A stretch of DNA of 63,932 bases, counting the filler, from Octopus bimaculoides (lineage: Eukaryota), in the NCBI RefSeq assembly GCF_001194135.2. It is 5 parts of 4 records of this genome, joined end to end, with 100 filler letters (N's around TTAATTAATTAA, not from the genome) between each part and the next. Parts side by side here need not be neighbours in the genome. Positions count along the whole stretch, not along the records: positions 10,738 to 39,106 come from NC_069000.1; 4 more parts are not named here. The stretch is one strand, 5' to 3'. Shown piece by piece: positions 13,130-25,316 of the stretch. Under the pieces are notes generated by a model. That model had not been told where the DNA came from. It made no database searches and saw only the letters and a list, made by a program, of their open reading frames with translations. The translations under genes were made by a program, and so were the position numbers. Position 1 is the first letter of the stretch; the number at the start of each line of letters is the position of its first letter.

Positions 13130-14160
13130 GATCAAAGAGTATATTATACTCTAACGGAAGATGGCTGACCAATTCAAATCACGAAATCTCTAAGGAAGAC
13201 TATAAACGATTCCGCATTCCTCTCAGAATCTCCATTATGACCAACCAGTCTTGGATTGTCTCAACCATAGCTACTATATTACAAATACAGACCAACATAT
13301 ATTAATTCTATATTAATGACATACGATACATACTTATATTTATTTCTCCTTTTTATGCCATTCGATGCTTTTGGTTTATTTAGCTTCCATAAATTCCCAG
13401 ACATCTTCTTATAAAAGACTGACTTTGGTAATTAATAGGAAACATATCTGGTCTTTTAAAGTGTAGCATCGAATAGCAGCTGGTCTTTCTGAAATTGTGG
13501 TAACTGTATGTTGGAATCGATTAATGGTATCGAAGACATGAAATCATTCTGTATATTATATGATATTATTTATTACAGTTACAGCATGGGCGTTATCAGA
13601 GCTAGTTTTATATTTATAAATGGTGTGGAATTAAAGGGGAAATTCTCTACGGCATCCCTACCAAAGTGTGTCCCCACCCAGTTTTTGTTATTTCGGGAAA
13701 ATTTAGTGATTGCGAGACCAAGTTCTTGCAGTTCTGTAATGGGTGTTACCAGAGCTGGATCGAGTGGTGGAATGGAAGCGAAGGAAAAAATTGCTCCAGC
13801 TTGGTCACCAGAAACCCGATTCCCAGTTTTCTTATTTCAGCCAAATTTGGTGAGTGTGAGGCATGTTCGGCATTCAATATTATTTTAGTTGTTGCAGCTG
13901 TATCATGAGTATTATCAGAATCGGATGTAGATGAGGGGATGGAAAATTCTCCCCATAATAGGGGGTGCCGCAGGTAATTCTGAAGAAAGAAAAGTGCTCC
14001 GGCTGTCTTACCAGAGAGTGCTCCACCGATCTTGATGCCTCAGGCAAATTTGTTTAGTAAGAGGCAAGTTTGATGACTTTTCTTGGTACCAAACATGGTT
14101 TTCCTGCTTCGGTCCCATGGTATTTTGGGGGAGAAGCTTGTGGCAGATTTGCTAAAACCT
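13130..14160 (-). mobile_element. Possible highly decayed LINE (ORF1/endonuclease region)
   Basis: Broken frames such as IPPLDPALVTPITELQELGLAITKFSR and NGDSERNAESFIVFLRDF loosely resemble LINE ORF1/APE segments. Confidence 0.25.
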
Positions 14161-14487
14161 TTGTGGACACTCATACTCTAACCTGTCAGTTTAAGCATTC
14201 AATATGCATGTATAACATTTAAAATTCATGTATTTATGTATATTTCAATCGCAGACCAGCATTTCACTTCGTTTCAAGATGATCCGAGTATATAGTATTG
14301 ACGGCGAAATACCGATATCTACCATTCTCGGTGATTTCAGGCGAGTTGTTTCGCCTGGTCGGCAAAAATCGGTGTTCTTTAACCCTCGGCGTTGTGTAGA
14401 GAGCTTTCTCTTGACTCTGTCCCCCGGCAAATGAGCGTATAAACAGAACACATGCACTATGTGCGACAGATAATGTTTATACATATA

Positions 14488-14705
14488 CGAGGGGGGGCGG
14501 TGAGAAATCCATGGCTTTAAGGGTATCGCGAAAGGCTTGGATGGAGGCCCAACATTCCGAATTCCTTTACGGGGCTTAGAAAACCTGAAAGACCGCTGCA
14601 ATTAATGTGTGAATCTGAGAGGGAAATATGTTGAATAAAATTTAAATTAACTGATTCTCCTGTATTTTCTTTTAGTTAAAGCCAGGAATTTTTCAGCCCT
14701 GCCTC

Positions 14706-14706
<1 letters not shown>
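14488..14706. mobile_element. mariner-derived MITE
   Basis: TA-flanked, imperfect TIRs cgagg...atggctttaa / ttaaagccagg...cctcg. Same family as 36648-36864 in opposite orientation. Confidence 0.8.
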
Positions 14707-14744
<38 letters not shown>

Positions 14745-15308
14745 GGTATCATCGAACAAGAAGTGTCCTTGGCCTTCAAGCTCTATTTTACTTATTTATT
14801 TATCTATGTTTGTTTATCTAATCTGTTTAAACGTTTGTGTAAATGTGGTAAGCAAGATATATACCAAATCTCATATGAAATAATAACCTAAATCTAGAAA
14901 AAAAGACGAAACGAGAAAGAAAGAAAGACGAAAAAATGGAAGGAAGCAAGAAAGAAAGAAAGAAAGAAAGAAAAAGGAAGAAGGAAGGAAGAAACAGAGC
15001 TGAAGAACAGTTGAATAATTTTGTTGTTAAATTATTTTGTGGCCCTTCTGACTCGGCAGATCTTATTTATGGTTGGCGGATCCTTGAAAATAAATTGCCC
15101 TTCCAGTTTTGATCGTTCGATATTATCCTGTTGCTCAATAAATTTGTTTCTATATTAATTTATGGACTTGAAACAGCCTTAGATTAAGATACCAATGTGT
15201 ATAATATACATAGTGTGTATACAAACGGTGAATGGCACTTACTCTGAGATTTTGTTTCAGAGAAACTATTCAAAGAGATTTGTGTGTTAAAACCACCGAG
15301 CTTCGCTT

Positions 15309-15833
15309 TTATACACACTGGTATATTAATCTAAAACCGTTTCAAGTGCGTATATTAGTTTAACTCTAGCCTGGCTAGCTTATGCGGAAATCAATAAATG
15401 TTTCGTTTACCGATTTTTATATCGAAGCAAGTACTTTTAGCCTAGCTCAAGGCATCAGGATGATTCGTCACTGAGGGGATCAAATCCGATCGAAACATTG
15501 CGCCTGGCGATTCAGGAATGTTTTAAGGGAAGCCCTAGTAAAGACACCTACCTTCTAATAAGCAAAAATCTCTTTGAGATTCTCTGAATCATTAATATTA
15601 CAGTTAGTGACGTTGCCTGTTTGTAGACATATGTTGTAAAGGTTATACACACTGGTATTTTAATTGGATGATATTTCAAATGTATTTATGAATTAGTTCT
15701 AGCCTGGTCAGCTTTCGCACAAATCAGTAAATGCTTTCTTTACCGGTTTCTGTATCGGAACAGCACTTTTAGTTTAGCTCAGAACAATGACAACCGAGGA
15801 AACTGAACCAGGTCGAAACAGCTTGTCTGACGA
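15309..15833 (+). repeat. Two degenerate ~200-bp direct repeats (period ~334), each ending in a hammerhead-like motif
   Basis: ttatacacactggtat...ctagcctgg...cttttag..tagctca shared at 15309 and 15643. Motifs at 15465-15510 and 15794-15833. Confidence 0.7.
15465..15510 (+). ncRNA. Degenerate type I hammerhead-ribozyme-like motif
   Basis: tcgtca-CTGAGGG-gatc(aaatcc)gatc-GAAAC-attgc-GCC-tggcga. Stems I and II pair; A9 and U16.1 are substituted. Confidence 0.55.
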
Positions 15834-16671
15834 CCCACCGCGCGAGGCCCTGTATTTTCAACCCCCAAGTCTCTTTGTAAAATATTTCTTTGAAACAAAT
15901 TTTTACCGCTGGTGTCATTCTACATTTGTATCTCCTCAGAAAAAAATTATAAACAAGTAATAAAGCTGTTGCTTTTTGTAGCTTATTTTTTACACCATAT
16001 ATTTTCCTTTTCCGTTATCAACTTTTGCATCGTGTCTAGTATCACTGTACCACAGTATCACTGTATCACTGTTATCAAACAACTTCGTTAATGAAATAAA
16101 GCAGCGAGAGTGTAATTCCAAAGATAAGCTGTGTGTAATTGGTGGTTGCTGTCAGATTTTTATTAAACTATCATCGCCAACCATCGACGAGACTCAAGTA
16201 GTAGACACTGAGTATATGTAGGGGAAGAAGAGGCTAGGAGACACACATTTATCTTCTCACACACTTCACGTGTTCTTAGGATTTAGACAGTTCTCTGCTT
16301 AAAGACATAAATGACAGCTGTTAATAACAGTCTGCTACACAGCGAATGTATAAACTGGTGGTTCGTCATTTTCAATATATTTCTCACGGAAGCTGAAAGT
16401 ACAAAATGTGTGACTCCGGATGGATTTGGGCCAATGGCTGACATTTTTACCATTTTGGTTCTTTGAAATATGTTTTGAGAAGAGATATAGGGAATGACGT
16501 GAAATTAATATTGAATAACGGTTTATGAATACAGAGAGAGGGAATGGAGACAAAAAAAAGAGTTAAAACCATTAAGAAATAAAAGAAGCAAATAACGAAA
16601 TAAAATAAGAAATATAAAAACACATACAAACACACACATACATATACATATATATACATACATACATATTG

Positions 16672-16716
<45 letters not shown>

Positions 16717-17623
16717 GCACATATCTATATATGTGTATGTGTATANNNNNNNNNNNNNNNNNNNNNNNNNNNNNNNNNNNNNNNNNNNNNNNNNNNNNNN
16801 NNNNNNNNNNNNNNNNNNNNNNNNNNNNNNNNNNNNNNNNNNNNNNNNNNNNNNNNNNNNNNNNNNNNNNNNNNNNNNNNNNNNNNNNNNNNNNNNNNNN
16901 NNNNNNNNNNNNNNNNNNNNNNNNNNNNNNNNNNNNNNNNNNNNNNNNNNNNNNNNNNNNNNNNNNNNNNNNNNNNNNNNNNNNNNNNNNNNNNNNNNNN
17001 NNNNNNNNNNNNNNNNNNNNNNNNNNNNNNNNNNNNNNNNNNNNNNNNNNNNNNNNNNNNNNNNNNNNNNNNNNNNNNNNNNNNNNNNNNNNNNNNNNNN
17101 NNNNNNNNNNNNNNNNNNNNNNNNNNNNNNNNNNNNNNNNNNNNNNNNNNNNNNNNNNNNNNNNNNNNNNNNNNNNNNNNNNNNNNNNNNNNNNNNNNNN
17201 NNNNNNNNNNNNNNNNNNNNNNNNNNNNNNNNNNNNNNNNNNNNNNNNNNNNNNNNNNNNNNNNNNNNNNNNNNNNNNNNNNNNNNNNNNNNNNNNNNNN
17301 NNNNNNNNNNNNNNNNNNNNNNNNNNNNNNNNNNNNNNNNNNNNNNNNNNNNNNNNNNNNNNNNNNNNNNNNNNNNNNNNNNNNNNNNNNNNNNNNNNNN
17401 NNNNNNNNNNNNNNNNNNNNNNNNNNNNNNNNNNNNNNNNNNNNNNNNNNNNNNNNNNNNNNNNNNNNNNNNNNNNNNNNNNNNNNNNNNNNNNNNNNNN
17501 NNNNNNNNNNNNNNNNNNNNNNNNNNNNNNNNNNNNNNNNNNNNNNNNNNNNNNNNNNNNNNNNNNNNNNNNNNNNNNNNNNNNNNNNNNNNNNNNNNNN
17601 NNNNNNNNNNNNNNNNNNNNNNN

Positions 17624-17699
<76 letters not shown>

Positions 17700-17833
17700 A
17701 CACACACACAGAGATACATAAACATACACATATACATACATACATGCATGTACACAATCATTCACATGAACACTCCGATACGTATAAAGATAAGAATAAC
17801 GAAGTGAAAAAATATTACAGTTTTGATATTACT

Positions 17834-17839
17834 TTTATT
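17834..17839 (-). promoter_or_regulatory. Candidate polyadenylation signal of gene A
   Basis: AATAAA on the minus strand about 150 nt downstream of the gene A stop codon. Confidence 0.45.
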
Positions 17840-17992
17840 GAATTTCTACATAAGATATATTGAAAACATTGAACAAATATAGACATCTTATAGATATCAT
17901 ATTAGATATCATATAGATATTATATAGTTTCTCTTCTTAAGTTCGACAACCTATTCGATACCAATTCCATAAATTGGTCATTTCTGTGAACC

Positions 17993-18027
17993 TTACAGCA
18001 GAGATAGTTGCATTGCAATCATTAGCT
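17993..18027 (-). CDS. Gene A, terminal coding exon (E)LMIAMQLSLL*
   Basis: Acceptor ttttttgtattttttttag|AG. The phase-1 junction G|AG creates the Glu12 of EF loop 2, followed by a hydrophobic exit helix and TAA. Confidence 0.8.
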
Positions 18028-18139
18028 CTAAAAAAAATACAAAAAACAAAGCGACAATTAGTTGACAATTACACAGAATAATTGGTAATTTAATCAAGAT
18101 CTAATTATCTATTTTCATCATACTCTAGGTGGAGTTTTA

Positions 18140-18860
18140 TTTTCCATTGTGTCTATTGACTTATTGTAAACAGTCCCTGCTTGAAACTAGATCCTATTGT
18201 ACATCGTAGCTCGTCTCCTCAAGACCTTATTGTACTCTGTGTTTATTGTAAACCGATTATGTTGCCCAAAGTGCAATAGTTACATTTGTCCTATTGTTAT
18301 ACACTACCCATTATAAACTGGGCCTATTGTACACCACCAATTATTCATTGTTTATCATTTATTGACTCTAGCGTACACTGTACAATAGGCACATTTGATA
18401 ATAGGCACATTTGATAATAGGCACATTTACTCTTTAACCTATTATACTATTTCCTATTGTACTCTGAACTTATTGTTTTCTGGTTTATACATCGTAATGG
18501 TTGTGCTCTGTACCTATTGTACACTATGCCTACAGCACAACGTCTTTTGGCTTATTGTCTATCCTATTTATTGTAAACTAGGCCTATTGTTCACTAGACC
18601 TATTATCCACTGTGCCGATGGTGTTCCGAACTATTATACAATTTTTACAATTATGCAATGTAGCTATTATATGGATTGTTTAGCTTTTAAGCAATGTGGC
18701 TATTATACAACCTAGTTATTGTACAATGTAACAATAACAATCTAGCTATTTTTAACAGCTATAATAAAATGTAGCTATTATAATGTGTAGTTATTAGTAA
18801 GCAGTGTGAACAATTAAACATGTTATTACGCAATGTTGCTGTTATACAATTAAGTAAATA
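18140..18860. repeat. Cryptic minisatellite-like array (CTATTGT / TGTAGCTATT motifs) in the last intron of gene A
   Basis: More than a dozen TATTGT cores at irregular short spacing, plus a 16-bp ataggcacatttgata tandem near 18386-18428. Confidence 0.6.
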
Positions 18861-19059
18861 TACATTATGGCCAGGATACAATATCACATGACCACATGAT
18901 CGACAAGACTATCGGGTGTTGTTGCATATCGCTGGTCACAATGCGCTTTGCATCTTTTTTTTTTTTTTTTTTTTTAGATTTCGAATGATGCCACTCAGCT
19001 GGCAACGTTAGCGGATCAACACTTACCGCTGATCGGAAGACAATTCCGTCACAGTGTGA

Positions 19060-19200
19060 CCCATTTACAACTCAGTGGGCTGGAATAATGCAGGATGAAG
19101 TGTTTTACTCAAGAACACAACGCGTCGATCGGTCCGGGAATCGAACTCACGACCTTGCGATTTTGAATGCAACACCCTAACCACTAAGTCACGCGCCTTC
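19060..19200 (-). mobile_element. tRNA-headed SINE (family C), partial
   Basis: Minus strand tagtggttagggtgttgcattc...ggtcgtgagttcgattccc...gtgttcttgagtaaaacact. Related copies at 53705 and 60340. Confidence 0.7.
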
Positions 19201-19323
19201 ACAGTATGCAACATAGCAATTATTAGACAATGTAGCAATTTTACAAAACGAGGCAACATTACAATGTAGCTATTAAGCAATAAAGCAATTCAGCAAGGAT
19301 GTTATTGTGTATGATAAACTCAC

Positions 19324-19597
19324 CATCAACCGAGAAGAAGGAGTCTGAATTTGTGTCAATGGAAGCGAATTTCTCCAATAATTGGTTAATTTCTTTGTCG
19401 GTGTAGGATAATGCCTCGAAGAATCCCCACAGTTCGTCTCTGCTCAGTTTACCATCTCTGTTGAGGTCAAAGATACTAAGAAACATCTCAGCATCTTCTC
19501 TTGAACCCCACATCGCTTCAGCTTCTTCTTCGTATTCTTCATCCTCTTCTCCCTCATCTTCTTCTCTTCTCGCCTCTCTTACACTACGAGATGCTTG
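19324..19597 (-). CDS. Gene A, middle coding exon: RSVR/RR sites, acidic tract, two EF-hands
   Basis: Acceptor cattttcag|CAA; 274 nt (91 codons plus 1 nt); donor GATG|gtgagt. EF loop 1 DLNRDGKLSRDE is canonical; loop 2 DTNSDSFFSVD(E) is completed by the next exon. Confidence 0.9.
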
Positions 19598-19607
19598 CTG
19601 AAAATGC

Positions 19608-19650
<43 letters not shown>

Positions 19651-19729
19651 GCAGTGTACATATATACACACGCGCACACACACATAAATTATATCCTTAT
19701 ATGTCGTTTATCTTTTATCGCTTATTTGT

Positions 19730-20135
19730 TTTAGTTATTAGACTGTGGCCATGCTGGAGCACCGCTTTGAGGAATTTTTAGTTGAATCAACTGACCTCAG
19801 TCCTTTTATAAGCCTGCTACTTACGCTTTCGGTCCCGTCTGTCGAACCGTTAAGTTTCGGGGTTGTAAGCTCACCAACACCAGTTGTCAAACGGTGGTAA
19901 GGGACAAACATACACAAAAAACATACACATACACGCACACTCATATATGTATGTATTACGTACGTATGTATGTATGTATATAGGACGGGCTTCTTCCAGT
20001 TTCCATCTACCAAATCCACTCTCAGATGCTATTGTAGACGACACTTGCCTATGGCGCCACGCAGTGGAACTGAACCCGGGACCATGTGGTTGGGAATCAA
20101 ACTTCTTAGTAAACATCCACTCCTTCGCCTATCCA
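19730..20135 (-). mobile_element. tRNA-headed SINE (family B) with internal microsatellite
   Basis: Head ...cccaaccacatggtcccgggttcagttccactgcg, core ggcaagtgtc...ggatttggtagatggaaactgg, tail ctccagcatggccacagtc. Matches 45660-46045. Confidence 0.8.
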
Positions 20136-21069
20136 CATAACCACGCCTGCGCTTGTATGTATATGTACAAATTGCATAAATGTATGCTCATAGATGTACG
20201 TATATACATATTTCATATCCGTGTAGAATACAATGATCTGCCCGAAAATTTTAATTCTAAATCCCTGAAGTCAACAAGGGAGCGAGCCCCAAAGTGGTGT
20301 CTTCATCTGTTAGAAATAGCAAACAAATCTTCCTGAAATAAAGTCTATTATCGTAAAAAAAAATTTTTTTAAAGAAAGAAAGAAACGGAAGTATTTGTTA
20401 TTTTTGGTAAAAAAACAATACACCGAAATAAGGTCAGACTAAGGGCCTAAGAATAAATAACAACAGTATCAATAACGAAAAGCCAAAAGAAGATTTGAAC
20501 CTAAAATCTGTGGATTGGTAAGTGTAATATCGTATCCGCTAGGCCATCTCACCTTTACACCTTTCGAGAAAACAAAACAAGACATACGGTTCTTTAGCGA
20601 CAAAAGTTTACAGAATTCTAAATCCCATGAAATTTGAGCTAAAGTAAATAGGAAGATGGAGACGAGGCGGGCGACGCTCCCTTGTCTAAATAATTCAGTG
20701 TCGTGTCAGATTTGGTAAACGGAAACATTCTGCCAATATAGAATTTATCTGCGACTTTATTTGATCTAGACACTGGCACGTCACGTCATATTACGAAAGA
20801 TGTTGCTTCCAAATCCAACAACAAGAGACAACCAAAACGGAGATTGGTAATGGAGATAAGAAGACGATTTAGTTTTAAGATGTTACTGGAAATGTCTGTG
20901 TGTCATTTCCGTGTGTGGAACACATCACGAAACTTTACCAAATAATCTACATAATATTATATATCATCTACATATCTTAATATCTACTACACAATATAGG
21001 CAATATTTGATGTACACAGACATATATAGTCATAACAGTATATATATATATATATATATNNNNNNNNNN

Positions 21070-21880
21070 TACCTTGTCCTTATTCTTAGTGCAAGTTTTG
21101 AAGAGTGCAGTTCTATTTTAACAGTTATTTTTTCAAAGCTATAATGAAAGTGACAAAGGAGCATATTCAGCATATCTTGCTTTATGAGTTCAATAAAGGA
21201 AACAACACAACTGAAAGTGTCAGCAATTTCAATGCAGTATATGGGGATCGGACAATAAGTGAAAGCCAGTGTCAACGGTGGTTCCAGATATTCCGAGCCG
21301 GAAACTACAGCCTGGAAGATGAACCTCGTCCTGGATGATCTGTAGAGCTCGATGAGGACATCCTGCAAAACCTGGTGGAAAAGAATCCCATCGTAACTGT
21401 TGAGGAACTAGCAGAGAAGCTTGGATTTGGTCATTCAACCAGTCATCGACACGTGCGCTAGAAGAAAAACGATCATCTTTGATTTCAAGACGAAAGGTGT
21501 TCTTCCATGAGGATAATGCTCGGCCACACACAGCGAGGATGACATTCCAAAAGCTGGAGCAGTTTGAATGGGAAACGATGCCCCACCCACCATATTCGGC
21601 GGACATTGCTCCATCTGATCATCATTTATTCCGCAGTCTTCAAAATCATTTAGACGGAAAAAATATGAATTTTGTAGACGAGGTCAGAACAGTACTGGAG
21701 GAGTATTTTTCGTCACCGACAAGTGAATTTTAGAAGAGGGGCCTTGTAAGTCTACCAGATAGAGGGAAGAGCATTGCAGAAAATGGAGGAGAGTATATGC
21801 TAGATTAAAAAAGGACTTTGTTTATCTTAATTTTGAAAAATAAAGGAAAAGAAAAGCGCATTAATTATGGGATGACCCAA
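21070..21880 (+). mobile_element. Internally deleted mariner (DD34D) transposon in intron of gene A
   Basis: MKVTKEHIQHILLYEFNKG...QCQRWFQIFRAGNYSLEDEPRPG and HEDNARPH...HPPYSADIAPSD (34 spacing). Right TIR ...attatgggatgacccaa + TA. Confidence 0.9.
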
Positions 21881-21949
21881 TATATATATATATATTTCGT
21901 TTTGGGATTTGGTTTGCAAGACTTTTTATGTGATTTCGTGTGTTGAAGC

Positions 21950-22126
21950 ATATTCTGTTGTGTCTGGGGAGAGTCATTTTCTTATTGTGCCTTAAAATTT
22001 AACACACTCACCGGTAAAATTTCCACTCATTTCTTATTTTTATTTTCCTAAAATAAAATTTTACTGATGAGTGTGTTAAATTTTAAGGCACAATAAGAAA
22101 ATGACTCTCCCCAGACAACAGAATAT
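21950..22126. repeat. ~70-bp inverted repeat with AT-rich spacer
   Basis: atattctgttg(tg)tctggggagagtcattttcttattgtgccttaaaatttaacacactca at 21950-22022, mirrored at 22056-22126. Confidence 0.85.
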
Positions 22127-22746
22127 ATATATATATATATACAAATAAGACGATATATACACCCAAGACAATATATACACTTAAGGACTGTAAATTTGGT
22201 ATAAGGTCTGAAATGTAGAGATGAGAATGATTGATTATGTCGACCCCGGTAATTCACCGGTGTTTTTTTTTGGGGGGGGGGCGTGATTTAAGAAGGATAA
22301 GAAGTAAATTTGGTCTCGGCAGAATTTGAACTTAGAACATAAAGACCTGGAACAAATATCACGACGCATTTTGTACCTAACGACTGAGCATTCATGAACA
22401 GAAATTTTGAGGAGAGGGATTAGTATTTTATTTTATTTTAAAGGCAATGTTGGCTTCCGCCAAATTTGAACTTCACCATTCTCAAACGTTTCTGCTGATC
22501 CGTCTAGCTTTGCATAGGAAAAGACCAGACATTAGGGCGGAGGGCAACATTGATAAAATAAACTTCAATACTTCAGTGGTACATTAATCTATCGACCCTA
22601 GGCGAATGAAAAGAAAATAAATAAACCTAGGCGAAGTTCGAACTCAGAACGTTCTCAGCCACAACTAAATACCTCAAGGCATTTTGTCTGCGGTTCCAAC
22701 GATTTTCCTAACGTACAAAATACTAAAAATAGATGTATCAACTTAC

Positions 22747-22875
22747 CATGTGATCATGCACATTCTTGAAAACGTCCAAACGTTTGCGAAGTCCAGTAGA
22801 CATAGCTTCAGTTTCGATCCACACGAGTGACAGGGTGCAGACAAGGGCCAATGTAAACAGAAAGAATTTAGGCAT
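22747..22875 (-). CDS. Gene A, first coding exon: signal peptide plus propeptide (MPKFFLFTLALVCTLSLVWIETEA-MSTGLRKRLDVFKNVHDHM)
   Basis: Acceptor ttttctttttcctccag|AA-ATG (exon starts 22877). 43 open codons with a hydrophobic h-region and T-E-A cleavage motif. Donor ATG|gtaagt, phase 0, matching the next exon. Confidence 0.85.
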
Positions 22876-23074
22876 TTCTGGAGGAAAAAGAAAACATTTC
22901 GCTAAACAGTGATTGCATGACTCAAGTCACGTGACTTTGTGGATTTGTAGTTGGTACATATTGTACAGAAATTAGGTATAAATGTATGGATGGTGTATCT
23001 AGATACACATGTACACACACACACACGTACACACACATGCACACATACACAAACACATACATGTATGTATGTAT

Positions 23075-23113
<39 letters not shown>

Positions 23114-24811
23114 TGTATGTATATATGAATGTATCTTACTGAAGTTCAGTGCATTCATAAAGTTTCTCACTGGCGAAGTGACGACAAACGCAGACTCAAT
23201 GGAGAAGGATTTTTCCGATGTTTTTATTCGTCTGTGTATGCATATATGTGAGCATCAGTGTGTGTATGTGTGTAAGTGTCAGTGTGTATGAGTGAAAGAA
23301 TGAAAACGCATTTTATGTACATGTGTATGTATTTATATATANNNNNNNNNNNNNNNNNNNNNNNNNNNNNNNNNNNNNNNNNNNNNNNNNNNNNNNNNNN
23401 NNNNNNNNNNNNNNNNNNNNNNNNNNNNNNNNNNNNNNNNNNNNNNNNNNNNNNNNNNNNNNNNNNNNNNNNNNNNNNNNNNNNNNNNNNNNNNNNNNNN
23501 NNNNNNNNNNNNNNNNNNNNNNNNNNNNNNNNNNNNNNNNNNNNNNNNNNNNNNNNNNNNNNNNNNNNNNNNNNNNNNNNNNNNNNNNNNNNNNNNNNNN
23601 NNNNNNNNNNNNNNNNNNNNNNNNNNNNNNNNNNNNNNNNNNNNNNNNNNNNNNNNNNNNNNNNNNNNNNNNNNNNNNNNNNNNNNNNNNNNNNNNNNNN
23701 NNNNNNNNNNNNNNNNNNNNNNNNNNNNNNNNNNNNNNNNNNNNNNNNNNNNNNNNNNNNNNNNNNNNNNNNNNNNNNNNNNNNNNNNNNNNNNNNNNNN
23801 NNNNNNNNNNNNNNNNNNNNNNNNNNNNNNNNNNNNNNNNNNNNNNNNNNNNNNNNNNNNNNNNNNNNNNNNNNNNNNNNNNNNNNNNNNNNNNNNNNNN
23901 NNNNNNNNNNNNNNNNNNNNNNNNNNNNNNNNNNNNNNNNNNNNNNNNNNNNNNNNNNNNNNNNNNNNNNNNNNNNNNNNNNNNNNNNNNNNNNNNNNNN
24001 NNNNNNNNNNNNNNNNNNNNNNNNNNNNNNNNNNNNNNNNNNNNNNNNNNNNNNNNNNNNNNNNNNNNNNNNNNNNNNNNNNNNNNNNNNNNNNNNNNNN
24101 NNGGTGGTGGGGCTGTTGATTGTGATGCTGTTTCTGTACAGCTTCGATATTGTTATTGTAGGGCTGTTGTTGTTGTTGTTGTTGTTCTCGTCGGCATCGT
24201 CGTCGTGGTCCTTGTACGACAGCTCACCTTTTGTACCTTCGACTTCTGCAACAGTTTGTCAATTGTCACCTGTCATTTTAATCACAACACCTTCTTAATT
24301 AGTCCTTCCTTAATCTAACGATCCGTTAATTCCTAAATATTCCTCGCTTTTCCTCTGTGTGTGTGTGTGCTTTTGTGTGTGTGTTTGTGTGTGTGTTTGT
24401 ACGTGTGTGTGCGTGTGTATGTGCGTGTGCGTGTGTGTGTTTGTGTGTGCGTTATTTCGTTCAGTAAAAATTTCTGCGGGGGCGGCAGGGAGCGGGGAGC
24501 AAGTTGTCTCTATTTATATATGTGTGATTGTGTGTATACATACATATATATGTGTGTGTGGATGTGTGTATGTCTGTATGTGTATGTGTGTTGTAGGAAG
24601 AAGTCCATACATGTGTACGTGCGTGAAATTAGCTACATATCCATCCACGACCGAATGTATGTATATATACATGTATATGTGTATGGCTGAATGTGTGTAT
24701 ATATATNNNNNNNNNNTATATATGTGTTTGTATGTATGTGTGAATACATCTGTATGCATGTTCTGTGTTGAAGTCTATACATGTGTGTGTGTGCGTGCAT
24801 GTGTTTATGTA

Positions 24812-24842
<31 letters not shown>

Positions 24843-25222
24843 GTGTGTATGATGAGCTACACATTCGCCTATGAACGAATGTATATGCATTAAGGCACAC
24901 ACATGCGCGTACATATCTGTACACATACACACATGCATACATTCATAAATATAGGTACACACATGCACACATATATATACATATATATACATACATACAT
25001 ACATACATATATATATATGTGTGTGTGTGTGTATACACATAAAAGGGGGTGCGCGCGTGCGCGTTAACAGCGTGGTGACATCGCCAAATAGATTACATCT
25101 CCGAATAATTAGCGGATTGACTTACAAATTAAGAAAAATGACTGCGTTCATCACCACACAATAACAACAACAATAATAATAATAATTGTAACAACAACAA
25201 TAACTACAACTGTAATAACATT

Positions 25223-25257
<35 letters not shown>

Positions 25258-25276
25258 ATTATTGTTGTTGTTGTTG

Positions 25277-25311
<35 letters not shown>

Positions 25312-25316
<5 letters not shown>

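Noticed and set aside
13880-13979. Acceptor ctttcttcag|AATTACC as gene A terminal exon (ELPAAPP...)
   Set aside because: The Pro-rich sequence cannot form the EF exit helix, and the region looks like a LINE relic.
14270-14330. aagatga...cggcgaaata motif as a hammerhead
   Set aside because: The core is degenerate and there is no stem I pairing.
16335-16428. Minus-strand acceptor followed by FREKYIENDEPPVYTFAV*
   Set aside because: Phase is incompatible with gene A's donor, and 18027-17993 completes the EF-hand better.
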